From a virus (Duplodnaviria; Caudoviricetes), in the IMG/VR virus record IMGVR_UViG_3300030106_005674, positions 1-55,606 of that record: DNA of 55,606 bases; one strand, given 5' to 3'. The notes under the pieces were generated by a model that was not told where the DNA came from, made no database searches, and was given only the letters and a program-made list of their open reading frames with translations. Below, in pieces: positions 10,548 through 19,691 of the stretch. Each line of letters begins with the position of its first letter. Position 1 is the stretch's first letter. The position numbers were made by a program, and so were the translations under genes.

Positions 10548-11009
10548 CTACCCGAACATTGATCCAAGACCGGCTCCAACGCCTTCCATGATTGCACCAA
10601 GACCCTTGGTACCCGCATCTCTTTCGTTGGCAGCTTGAGCCATTGCAGACTCGCCTGTCGTTGTGAAGAAGGAGTATTGACGATTCAGAGCGTCTCTTCG
10701 GCCCTGTCTGACAGCATCCAGTACAGCTTTAGCGCCAGCAGCACCAGCACCAGAACCAACCTCACCCAGAGCACGAGCCTGGTTCGGGTCGAACTGATTG
10801 CCCGTGAGCATTGCTTGAGAAGTAGCTTGACCGGCTTCTTTTGAGACATTGACAGCATCCTGCATCTGCCCCTTGTCTACGTCTTTTTGACTCTCAAGCT
10901 CATCAATCCTCTTATCGGTTTTTTTAGCTCGCTTGAGTTGAAGGTCTCGTACTTTTGCCGGGTTTTGGTCTCCTGTTGCCCCGAAGAAGCGGCCAATTTT
11001 TCCTAGCAT
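10548..11009 (-). CDS. Small Gly/Ala-rich ejection/pilot protein
   Basis: Gly/Ala-rich, C-terminal 'GLGAIMEGVGAGLGSMFG'; first of the small-medium-giant trio, as in T7 gp14/15/16. Confidence 0.55.
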   Translation of the reverse strand: MLGKIGRFFGATGDQNPAKVRDLQLKRAKKTDKRIDELESQKDVDKGQMQDAVNVSKEAGQATSQAMLTGNQFDPNQARALGEVGSGAGAAGAKAVLDAVRQGRRDALNRQYSFFTTTGESAMAQAANERDAGTKGLGAIMEGVGAGLGSMFG

Positions 11010-11010
11010 T

Positions 11011-11763
11011 TTACTCTCCTGCCTGGGGGAACCAGATTGCTTTCATATTCCGTGTACGAAATTTAAGCCTAAAGTGCGTCTGCATACAGACAATACCTGC
11101 GCTGTGCCATCCGGCCTCAAGTGTAACAAAATAGTGCCCAGACCACACGCGGTCTCTGTGGGGTCTTTGGATGTTATTTCTTTTTGGCTCACCACTAGCA
11201 ACACTGTGCGTAGATCTTGTGATGTTTCTGTAGCCCGTGTGTGCTGTGTTCTCTCCGTCTATCTGCAGTGCCATGGCTGCATGCTCGTAGGGCTCGTCAC
11301 CGCCAACACCGAACAGCGTGTCATTTGCGCCTCCAATCATCCAGGTCAAAATAACCGTGCTTTTTTTGGGTAGATAGAACTCGATACATGCGCCTGGTAT
11401 TGGGCGATAGCTTTCGATAGAGTCATGGTCATTAGCGAAGAAATGGTCACACCGATAGTCTGCGTTCCCAGTCAATCCAACCATGTGAGCGTCAGCCAGA
11501 CTTTTAGGCTGAATATGCCTCGCTTCCAGGTTTGAAAGGTCTCCTGCATCAGGAATAATCTGCCCATTGATGCCCTCAAACGTCAGAAGGCTCGAACTTT
11601 TTATGGGCTTGTAAAGCTGCTCTGCAAAAGAATCCGCATCAGCAATTCCACCAGTAGCAGCATCTGACGAGGTTATTCCAGAAAAATTACCAATAGTAGA
11701 GGTTGCCCCCGAAGGAGGGGGCGTTTCTGGTGCTCCATATTCAGGAATTATTGGATCTGGCAT
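11011..11763 (-). CDS. Tail-associated structural protein
   Basis: Beta-rich C-terminus ('VTLEAGWHSAGIV'); lies in the tail cluster. Confidence 0.5.
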   Translation of the reverse strand: MPDPIIPEYGAPETPPPSGATSTIGNFSGITSSDAATGGIADADSFAEQLYKPIKSSSLLTFEGINGQIIPDAGDLSNLEARHIQPKSLADAHMVGLTGNADYRCDHFFANDHDSIESYRPIPGACIEFYLPKKSTVILTWMIGGANDTLFGVGGDEPYEHAAMALQIDGENTAHTGYRNITRSTHSVASGEPKRNNIQRPHRDRVWSGHYFVTLEAGWHSAGIVCMQTHFRLKFRTRNMKAIWFPQAGE

Positions 11764-11770
11764 TTCTCAC

Positions 11771-12790
11771 CTATGGGTAATTGTAGTCAGTAGAGTTTCG
11801 TGTCTTGTTTCGGCTGTCCAAGTATATTGCAGACACGAGACTTTCTCTGACTGTAGCGAAAGCCCGGTCTGAGCGGGGTCCGTAGTAACTGTGCCCAGAT
11901 CCTGTCTTTACGCTTCCATACAAGGTAAAGCCCTCAATTCTCTTCTTGTGGTTGGGTGTCGCCAACCAGGGAACCCGCCGTGCTGCACCTACAGGAGTGT
12001 CGCCTAAGAAGCACATGCTGTTTACGTCGTCAAAAGTAACGAGAGTTCTTACAGGCATGTTCTTTCTCACGTCCCGTAGTCCAGTGACGTTCCTTCCTCT
12101 GGCACCAATTCCGACTTCAGAAATCCAACCAGAATTACTATCGGCACTATTGTTTGTGTTGGTGTCCCCATCAATAAACCTCAATGTCGATGGTAGAGGT
12201 ATGGCGTAAATCTTGTTGTCAGAATCTCTGATGTTGGCGCAGAGGATAGTAAAAAAGAGCGCATGAGGAGTAGCTGCTGTCTTTGTCTTCACAGAACTCT
12301 GTGAAGCTGGTTTTACTTTTTCCTGGATGTGAAGCTCTGTACAATGGGCTTCAGCCATTACCAAGATGGAATTAGAATTGTCCCCCATAAGGTCAATGTG
12401 GGTGTCGAAAGAAATCTGATTGATGAGTTTCCAACCGTTCTTGTCAGCAGTGTACGTGGTTATTTGGTCCCGTTGGGGAGGTGGGTCTGCAGAGGATGTG
12501 TCCCGAACAGACCACTTGGGGTCTCGGCAATCTTCTTCTTCATTACTAGATGGATTCCCTCTCCAGCCGTTGAGTTGCTCATCAAATCTGTGTGGACCTG
12601 GGTCATATCGCTGCTTTTGTTGGACTTCGGTATGGCCGGGAGCAAAAGAATCAATCCCAAACGCTCGGTCAGCCACATTTTCAGAGCTGATGCTGTTTAG
12701 GGTTGATGCAATATCAGAAGCGACTTCAGAAATCTTGTTCCCCGAAATCTCTTCTCCAGCCAAGATTGGATTCCATTTAATAGTCGACAT
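11771..12790 (-). CDS. Tail-associated structural protein
   Basis: N-terminus 'ILAGEEISGNKISEVASDIASTLNSISSENV' is typical of a tail fibre/collar attachment segment. Confidence 0.5.
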   Translation of the reverse strand: MSTIKWNPILAGEEISGNKISEVASDIASTLNSISSENVADRAFGIDSFAPGHTEVQQKQRYDPGPHRFDEQLNGWRGNPSSNEEEDCRDPKWSVRDTSSADPPPQRDQITTYTADKNGWKLINQISFDTHIDLMGDNSNSILVMAEAHCTELHIQEKVKPASQSSVKTKTAATPHALFFTILCANIRDSDNKIYAIPLPSTLRFIDGDTNTNNSADSNSGWISEVGIGARGRNVTGLRDVRKNMPVRTLVTFDDVNSMCFLGDTPVGAARRVPWLATPNHKKRIEGFTLYGSVKTGSGHSYYGPRSDRAFATVRESLVSAIYLDSRNKTRNSTDYNYP

Positions 12791-13620
12791 CAGGTCAACT
12801 CCAAGGCAATCAATTCTCTAGAGGAAACGACATAACTAGAGTGGTTAGGATCGAACGCGGGGTAGCTCCTGTTTGCTTTTGGAACTCTCGCCTTCAATTC
12901 GATGACATGTTTTCCAGCAGAGATGGGAAAGACCAGGTCAGTGACGAAAGGATGAGACCAGACGCCATACGAAGCACCATATTTGTCATTAGAGATTTCT
13001 TGACCTCCAATTGTTGTTTCGGCAACTCTTGCCCCATCTAGGGCTATGCAGTACTGAACTCCAGGAAAAAACCTATACCTTCCAGGTGTTTCAAGAGTCT
13101 CTTCTTTGCTCGAAGAAGCCTGAGAGCCTGATCCTCCGGGTGAGTACTCTCCCCCATCCACGTAGTAGGTCTGCTGTAGAGATCCCAGAACCCAAATGAG
13201 CCCCTCTCGTGTCGTTACATCTAATGTACAAACCGAAATCCACTCATTCGTTAAAGGGACAATGACATTGCCATCAAGGGGTGTAGGCTTTTCGCTTCCC
13301 TTGACAAAAGGGAATCTAACGGGTCGTGGGAGGAGACCCCTCTTATAGGTCATCTCTTCTATGGGTGCAGACACGGGAGCGTAGGCTGGTCCAATAGTGG
13401 AATCGAAGCAATTAAGTTTGCCAACCTCAAAATTCTTGTGTGTCCTACAGAGAGCACCTTCTACAAAGTTTTTTTCTGAAGTTAGGCTCCCCCTCTTAAT
13501 GTTCGTCTCATTCAAGTTGCCGTTTACTTCTTGAATGATTTCTCGGTAGTTGTCGTTGAGACGGTCTGGGTCAAGAGGAGAACCGTTCTCTATCTTATGC
13601 TTCGGGTAGACAGTAGACAT
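12790..13620 (-). CDS. Tail-associated structural protein
   Basis: N-terminal 'GSPLDPDRLNDNYREIIQEVNGNLNETNI' anchor-like segment and C-terminal 'PISAGKHVIELKARV'; directly after the nozzle gene. Confidence 0.55.
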   Translation of the reverse strand: MSTVYPKHKIENGSPLDPDRLNDNYREIIQEVNGNLNETNIKRGSLTSEKNFVEGALCRTHKNFEVGKLNCFDSTIGPAYAPVSAPIEEMTYKRGLLPRPVRFPFVKGSEKPTPLDGNVIVPLTNEWISVCTLDVTTREGLIWVLGSLQQTYYVDGGEYSPGGSGSQASSSKEETLETPGRYRFFPGVQYCIALDGARVAETTIGGQEISNDKYGASYGVWSHPFVTDLVFPISAGKHVIELKARVPKANRSYPAFDPNHSSYVVSSRELIALELT

Positions 13621-15884
13621 TATGGAATCCGAGTTTTCGGGTTTTGCTTCATCTCTTCTTCTGTCACGAGTCCGATAAACTCAAATGGTATTCGACTCTT
13701 TATTCTGACCTTGTAGACTTCACAGGAAGGAACACTGATGTCTATTGATGTCCAGTAGGGTCTTTTAGATTGGAATGATGGAGCATCTTCTTTGCCTGTC
13801 GGTTCAATCGGAAGTGGCAGAGTCCCCCAAAAGTTTGGTGGATCTCCGTCGCTTCTGAGAGAAACGGTTGAGGTGTAGACTGGCTTATCTTTTCTCCAGT
13901 CTCGATAAACCTCAATATCAGCGTCGTTAATGTTTGACTCAACTAGAGACAGGTAAACTGTTTTGGCTGACACACGGTCAATAGACCTTCCCCAATCCAT
14001 CCATGGAGTCTCAATCACGTATTCTCGACGAAGCGGATCTTCCGACCAGTCGTAGTTGTTTGATCGGTCGAGGATGAAAAAGCCCTCATAAATCTTGGTG
14101 TCAGAGTTCTTAGAGCTGAGTGTGTCAGTAAAGCCTTCTCCGTCGTACACAGAACCACCAGCAATGACATACTTACGGTGATCTTGAGTGACACAAGCAC
14201 AGGATACGTGCTCGTTTGTTCTGCGCCGCCATCCTGCTCCATCAAAGATTAGGCACAGCGAGTTCTCGTGACCCCCATCCATTGGAACCCAGCATCGGTA
14301 CTCCTCGCTCTCAGGAGAATAGATAGCTACAGCCTGCTTTTCTCTAGACTTCGTGATTCGCTTGACCAGATGGTCAATCTTACCGCTGATATTCTCAATT
14401 TTATTGCCTTCCAAACGGTAGAACGCATTCTGTCCAAGCCAGCAGACTGACCCGTCGGGTAAAGCAACAATGGACGATGGAGCAACGCAACCGACTGTTG
14501 AGCTTATCGGTACGGTCTTAAATCCTGTTCCATTATCATTGGCTACAACCAGGAAAGTAGAGCCTTGAGTGAACGCAAGAAGTCCTGTATCTCGAGCCAT
14601 CAGGCCCGTAATCTCACTTGAACTTGTGTCTGGAAAGATTTTATCTGAAGCCTGGAAAGTTCCGTACCGGCCAGGAAGAGAGGGAACAACCATTCCGGGG
14701 TCATCGGAAGTGTTTCCAATCCAGAGTCTGCCCAAGCAGAAAGCTGCGAGCTTAAAGGCCGGAACAGGCATGATGTCTGAAAATGCTGGTACGCTGAGGT
14801 ACCCATCCGGGAAGTTGTCAGCGAAATGGGTGCTGAGGTTGTCAGGAATAGACATCAGAGCAGAGGTTGTCGTGTATCCAACATTGCCCGAGAGGAAATA
14901 GAGTTTTCCATCTCCCGAGTTGAGTAGATCCTTTGTTCGATACAGGCGACGGCCCATCGTCCCTGTTGGACCCTTGTCAATGTTGTCCCATAGCAGCGCC
15001 TTCTTTAGTTGACCCGAGGCTGTGTCATGTTCTCCTGCAACGTAGCTATCGATAAACACTTCTGCTGAGCGGTCTGAGATGGGCGAAAAATTACCGAAGT
15101 AGTCCATCCACTGGACAGCACACCGCCACGAACCCTCTTTAAGTCTAAGGCCCAGCTCATCATTGCTCGTTGAGCCTATTCGGCCCTGGCCAAGGCTAAA
15201 AGTAGCAGGTCGGCTCGCTTCACTTCCATGATAGACATAGCCGTCGTAGCTGTTGTTTCCTTTCATTCCCGTTTGTTGTGGTCCGAGGCCAAGAGGGGGG
15301 GAAGGAATGGTGTCGTATCCCAGCGGCAGAACGACTGTGCCATCGTACATGTACGCTCTTTGGTACGACTGGGGGACAATGACAATGCCCTTGTCTGTGG
15401 TCACAAACTGAGTTGGAAACTGAGGAGAGTTGCTGACAATCCCTTCTGTTTTTTGGAGGAAGGGGTCAGACTCCTTGAGAGTAAAGCTCTCCGATACAAT
15501 CCGGCTGTCGTCTCCGATGATGTTTTTTAGACAAGACTTAGAGGAAAGACGATTTTGCGGCTTAAACTCTTGGATACCCGAATCTGTGTGTAGGAGTAGG
15601 ATGTCTCTACCGCTGGGAAGAGTAGAGTGGTAAACACCATACTTTCTCGACTTCAAGAACCGATCGTGAAAGTTTTCCCCGATGCCTGTGTCTTCGTAGT
15701 CCTCATTGCTTGTGCCCCGGTAGGACAGCAGCTTTGTCGGCCCGAGTACTGGCTCTAGCGTGCCTCGCTTACTAGAGACGAAGTTCTTAATTTCGCCTGC
15801 ATCGTCAGCCTCAAGAACGACCTTCCCGCCCTCGGTGCGGTACAGGAAAGGCCCATTCTGAGTTCTTTTGAGGCTATTGGCCAT
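13620..15884 (-). CDS. Tail nozzle / DNA stabilisation protein (P22 gp10 / T7 gp12-like beta-propeller)
   Basis: 754 aa; 'RLWIG', 'ITGL', 'VGCVAPSSIV', 'ENISGKID' and 'IETPW' segments typical of podovirus nozzle proteins; synteny. Confidence 0.75.
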   Translation of the reverse strand: MANSLKRTQNGPFLYRTEGGKVVLEADDAGEIKNFVSSKRGTLEPVLGPTKLLSYRGTSNEDYEDTGIGENFHDRFLKSRKYGVYHSTLPSGRDILLLHTDSGIQEFKPQNRLSSKSCLKNIIGDDSRIVSESFTLKESDPFLQKTEGIVSNSPQFPTQFVTTDKGIVIVPQSYQRAYMYDGTVVLPLGYDTIPSPPLGLGPQQTGMKGNNSYDGYVYHGSEASRPATFSLGQGRIGSTSNDELGLRLKEGSWRCAVQWMDYFGNFSPISDRSAEVFIDSYVAGEHDTASGQLKKALLWDNIDKGPTGTMGRRLYRTKDLLNSGDGKLYFLSGNVGYTTTSALMSIPDNLSTHFADNFPDGYLSVPAFSDIMPVPAFKLAAFCLGRLWIGNTSDDPGMVVPSLPGRYGTFQASDKIFPDTSSSEITGLMARDTGLLAFTQGSTFLVVANDNGTGFKTVPISSTVGCVAPSSIVALPDGSVCWLGQNAFYRLEGNKIENISGKIDHLVKRITKSREKQAVAIYSPESEEYRCWVPMDGGHENSLCLIFDGAGWRRRTNEHVSCACVTQDHRKYVIAGGSVYDGEGFTDTLSSKNSDTKIYEGFFILDRSNNYDWSEDPLRREYVIETPWMDWGRSIDRVSAKTVYLSLVESNINDADIEVYRDWRKDKPVYTSTVSLRSDGDPPNFWGTLPLPIEPTGKEDAPSFQSKRPYWTSIDISVPSCEVYKVRIKSRIPFEFIGLVTEEEMKQNPKTRIP

Positions 15885-15896
15885 GCTTCTCCGGAC

Positions 15897-16469
15897 CTAC
15901 TGTACATGCTTGAGGATTTCATCCGGCTGAAGGCTGTGCTCCTTTTCCAGATGCTTACGCAGAGACTTCTCGTAGGCATACTTCTTACCGCAGACACCGC
16001 AAACAAACTTCTTTTTTTGCTTCTGGTAGGAAGAGTCAACGTAGTAATCCGGATCTTCTGGATCCGTCATTGCCTCATCCTCTGTATCGTAGTCTGCTGT
16101 AGCCTCTACAGCCGCCTCTACCGCTTCTTCTACGTTGTCTGAGTATGCAACGTTCATCGCTGCGGGAACGATGTCAGAAGCATCTACACCCTTATCAGTG
16201 AGAATCTCTGTCACCCGCTGAGCAATCTTCTCAATGACCATAAGCAGGTTGTCGTCTGTGAGCGCATAGACAGGCTCCCAGTTGCGTAGGTCATTGTTGT
16301 TTTGGTTGATGTAGTAGGGTGCTTGTCCAGGGATAAGAAAAAGCGCCTTCCAGTTCCCATTGTCGTCTTTGACCATGGATTGGATAGTTGCGTACTCGTA
16401 CTTTCCGTTCTCTTTCTCCCTTCGCCAGTAAACAGCCGAGGGGTTTGGGGCAGGGTAAAGTGTCGCCAT
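15897..16469 (-). CDS. Hypothetical protein with C-terminal classical C2H2 zinc finger
   Basis: FVCGVCGKKYAYEKSLRKHLEKEH fits F-x-C-x2-C-x3-Y-x5-L-x2-H-x4-H. Confidence 0.8.
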   Translation of the reverse strand: MATLYPAPNPSAVYWRREKENGKYEYATIQSMVKDDNGNWKALFLIPGQAPYYINQNNNDLRNWEPVYALTDDNLLMVIEKIAQRVTEILTDKGVDASDIVPAAMNVAYSDNVEEAVEAAVEATADYDTEDEAMTDPEDPDYYVDSSYQKQKKKFVCGVCGKKYAYEKSLRKHLEKEHSLQPDEILKHVQ

Positions 16470-17996
16470 TTAGCTCTCCGTATAGCGGACTCGGACATCT
16501 CTGATAGGCCTGCGGGCCCGAGCCATTTTCTTTTTGGGGCGGGCACGAGCAATAAGCCCATACCTCTTTGTGAGTGTTCTCAGCATACTCTGGTAGCCTT
16601 GCTCTGCCAAAGAGGCACTATCTGTGGCCCCTTCCATCATATGGATGAAAACAATCGTCTTTTGTATCAGTGCTCCAATTGCTTCAGCATGTACACGAGG
16701 TGCATCCTGGTCACTGATTAGCTTCTGTGGTTTACGCAGAACACGGCAGTCTACTTCATACCGAGCGTCGGGCATCGGATGGAATCGGAGTGTCTGGTAT
16801 CCATGAACTTCTTTTAGCCTACGCTTGTACTCTGGCATCTTTGAGCCATCGTGCGTGTACTGGACAAGACCATCTACTGCTGAGCCTTCGATCTCATCAA
16901 GTAGATAAAACACACCATCATTCATTGGGTGATTTGGAATCTTACCTGAGTTCTGGTGAGCAGAGCGGCGAACGTAGATTCGAATCTTGAGGGCTGAGTT
17001 TGTTGCTCTACCGGGCCGTGTGCTAAGAGAGCCAGAGTCGAGGAAGTAGTAATCGTCTAAGCCCTGGTCGATGAACGGGAATGTGAGCTTAATCGCCTTA
17101 CCCGTTGTGCTCACTTTCTCGGTAATAATCGAAGGAGAGCTTTCCCAACGAGGCTCATATAGGCCATTGGGGGCCTGAAGTTCCTTGTCCCGTTTGCCCC
17201 ACACGTACGTGAAGCAGTACTCAAACGTGCCGTGAGTATCTGGCCCCTGCCAAGCAGGAAAAGTCGGGTCCTGGTCGTCCGTCTCTGTTGTAGCTGGAAC
17301 AGTTGGAGCATCAATTTGGTGATGCCGACCACGGAACACACTTGAGGGTCGACCGCTGTACTGCCCTTGGTAGTCAACGTAGTCGTACCTTTCCATGTCA
17401 TGCTGATTACGGACGCTCAATTCGTAGTGCGTATCGCCATAAAGGCGTGCAGAACGAAGCTCAATCACATCAGCCGGAAGGTTGTATTCGGGAGTAAAGA
17501 TTCGATACGTCAGATCAGGAGTATACGCCCCTGTAGAGGTTGCATCGTCCCAGGGTGTATCCAAGACAATCGTATCGGTCCTGTAGGTGACGCCATCTAC
17601 GACGGCGGTGCTTCCTGAAATGATGTGACGAATCTGGCGTCTACGAGTCTCGCCAGTCGAAAGCTCGACTTCAATCAGCCGACCATCCCAGGTTCCGTCG
17701 GATACAAACGCATCAATATTTCCTGCCGTAATCTCGCTGTCGACTGCAGTCCTTTTCAGCACTCGACTGTCGTCAGCTACTCGATACAGCTTATCGGAAG
17801 CATGAGAACGGGTCTTTACGTCTTTCTGTGTGATGACGCGACACTCATCCTCAAAAAAGAGAAAAGGGGCCTCCAACGACAAAAGGTTGTAGGCCCGATT
17901 GATCATATGATCAACCTTGTCCTTGAACGAGGTGGACTGGTCAGGTTGCCAGTCCACCTGTTCAAGTACTCGGGTGCGGATTTCACCCTTGTTCAT
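16470..17996 (-). CDS. Head-tail adaptor (tail tubular protein A-like) with inserted domains
   Basis: N-terminal 'EIRTRVLEQVD...INRAYNLL', 'EYNLPADVIEL' and C-terminal 'LRFHPMPDARY...LISDQDAP' adaptor-like motifs; follows capsid and cement genes. Confidence 0.7.
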   Translation of the reverse strand: MNKGEIRTRVLEQVDWQPDQSTSFKDKVDHMINRAYNLLSLEAPFLFFEDECRVITQKDVKTRSHASDKLYRVADDSRVLKRTAVDSEITAGNIDAFVSDGTWDGRLIEVELSTGETRRRQIRHIISGSTAVVDGVTYRTDTIVLDTPWDDATSTGAYTPDLTYRIFTPEYNLPADVIELRSARLYGDTHYELSVRNQHDMERYDYVDYQGQYSGRPSSVFRGRHHQIDAPTVPATTETDDQDPTFPAWQGPDTHGTFEYCFTYVWGKRDKELQAPNGLYEPRWESSPSIITEKVSTTGKAIKLTFPFIDQGLDDYYFLDSGSLSTRPGRATNSALKIRIYVRRSAHQNSGKIPNHPMNDGVFYLLDEIEGSAVDGLVQYTHDGSKMPEYKRRLKEVHGYQTLRFHPMPDARYEVDCRVLRKPQKLISDQDAPRVHAEAIGALIQKTIVFIHMMEGATDSASLAEQGYQSMLRTLTKRYGLIARARPKKKMARARRPIRDVRVRYTES

Positions 17997-17999
17997 TTA

Positions 18000-18518
18000 T
18001 CACGCGCCTGGGCAGTTGATGTACGCGGTGAATGTAGAGTTATCAGAAGCCTGTGCTTCCAGAGAGTGTCCGATAACACATTCTTCCGCTCCATCAGCAA
18101 AGTCGATAGCATCCCCAGCACTGCTTCCACCAGAGGTGATTGCAGTGTCTGCAGTGATATCGGCAGTGCCGCACTGAACCGTAGCCCGGCCCTTGCTCTG
18201 AACGAAGCCATATGAGCCCTGTGCAATAGCATGCTGGGCAACACCGACAACGAGCATCGCAGGAGTAGGACTACTGGCATCAGCAACCTCACAACCATAC
18301 ATCGTCCCGTTTGGAGAAGATGCGGTTGCTGCGCTTGGGTCACGAATTACAATTGATCCAGCAGCAAAATCTGCTGAGCCATCATTGAAGACATAAACCC
18401 AGTGCTTCTCCCCAAAGTCATCGCTAGAGGCAGGTTGCCGATAGCAAAAACCCAGGGGCAGTTTTTGTTCGGTATCAACATCAGTGACGCTGATACCCAT
18501 AGTACGAGTTGCAGACAT
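18000..18518 (-). CDS. Capsid cement/decoration protein
   Basis: Directly after the MCP; 'LPLG...WVYV...VGVAQHAIAQGSYGFVQSKG' pattern. Confidence 0.7.
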   Translation of the reverse strand: MSATRTMGISVTDVDTEQKLPLGFCYRQPASSDDFGEKHWVYVFNDGSADFAAGSIVIRDPSAATASSPNGTMYGCEVADASSPTPAMLVVGVAQHAIAQGSYGFVQSKGRATVQCGTADITADTAITSGGSSAGDAIDFADGAEECVIGHSLEAQASDNSTFTAYINCPGA

Positions 18519-18539
18519 TTCTGTCTCCTTTTCCTTAGA

Positions 18540-19679
18540 TTAGGAAGTTACAGCAGTACCAGTGACTACGAAGTTTGAGTTGAGACGGTCGCAGTAAAGC
18601 TGCATACCAAGAACGATTTCCCATTCCCAAGCATCTTGGCCAGGAACCTTAACAGGACCGCGCAGAGCGAAGTCACCCTTAGTTTCGAACTGAGCGTTCT
18701 CACCTTGAGTGTACATATGCCAGCTATCGGTCTTGAGGCCGTAGATAAGGCCACGAGAAGTTGCATCAGCGCGTGGAGAGAATGCACTTTCTGAGCCCGT
18801 TCCGGAGTTTGTAGTACCGAAGACAGACAAGCTCGTGTCGAGTTGTGGCTCAACGTAGAACTCAGCCTCTTGGAACAACAGACCTTGACGGACGGGACGG
18901 CCCTTCTCGCCTTGGAATGAGGTTGCGTAGCGGACTTGCTCGTCAAGGTCGTCGTAGTAGTTGTTGAACGAAATGATATCGCCCAGCATGCAGTCTACGG
19001 GACCGCCAGCCTTTCCTTGCATCGACGCTTCCCAGTAAGCCTCACGCATCATCCGACGGCCGATACCGTTGGTAGCGAAAGCTGTACCATCGAGAGTACG
19101 GTATTGGTTGTGCCAACCAGTGACCGAACTGCTGCTCAGGTTGAATCGAGTCTTGGTTTGAGAGTCACGAGCGGTGTACTCGAAGACACCATCCTCAGTC
19201 AGGCCGCTACCAGTGTCATAGGTTGTGTCACCGTTAAGAGTAACGAAACCTTGGACGTTGTCGCTGGAACCGTTTCCGTTGACGAACTGGTTGACGATCA
19301 TCTCGTGGAACTCCATCATCGCTGCTTCGGGGTAAACCTTGAGCAGACGCGCGATGGCAGTCTCGCCAGATGCCTCAGCAAGATCCTTGCCGGGAATGAC
19401 GTAGGAGTAGATCATCCGAGGGCAGTACAGGCGACCACGAGTACCGATAGTCCGGCGAGTTGAGGAGTAGACCTCAGAGCCAGTCTCGATACGAGTGACA
19501 GCACCTGGACCGTTCGTGACGACGGGGAACTCAAGGTAAGGAGCACCTGTGTGCGACTTATCTACGTTTCCGCGAAGGACGATCTTGTCCAAGACAGGGT
19601 GATATTGGTAGAACTGCTCGGTGTACTTGGGTACGAGCTTCTGTGTTGCAAAGTTCAGTACGTCTGCACTGGTAGGCAT
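18540..19679 (-). CDS. Major capsid protein (HK97 fold)
   Basis: 379 aa, between scaffold and cement genes; size and composition fit an MCP. Confidence 0.85.
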   Translation of the reverse strand: MPTSADVLNFATQKLVPKYTEQFYQYHPVLDKIVLRGNVDKSHTGAPYLEFPVVTNGPGAVTRIETGSEVYSSTRRTIGTRGRLYCPRMIYSYVIPGKDLAEASGETAIARLLKVYPEAAMMEFHEMIVNQFVNGNGSSDNVQGFVTLNGDTTYDTGSGLTEDGVFEYTARDSQTKTRFNLSSSSVTGWHNQYRTLDGTAFATNGIGRRMMREAYWEASMQGKAGGPVDCMLGDIISFNNYYDDLDEQVRYATSFQGEKGRPVRQGLLFQEAEFYVEPQLDTSLSVFGTTNSGTGSESAFSPRADATSRGLIYGLKTDSWHMYTQGENAQFETKGDFALRGPVKVPGQDAWEWEIVLGMQLYCDRLNSNFVVTGTAVTS

Positions 19680-19691
19680 TTAAGCCTCCTA

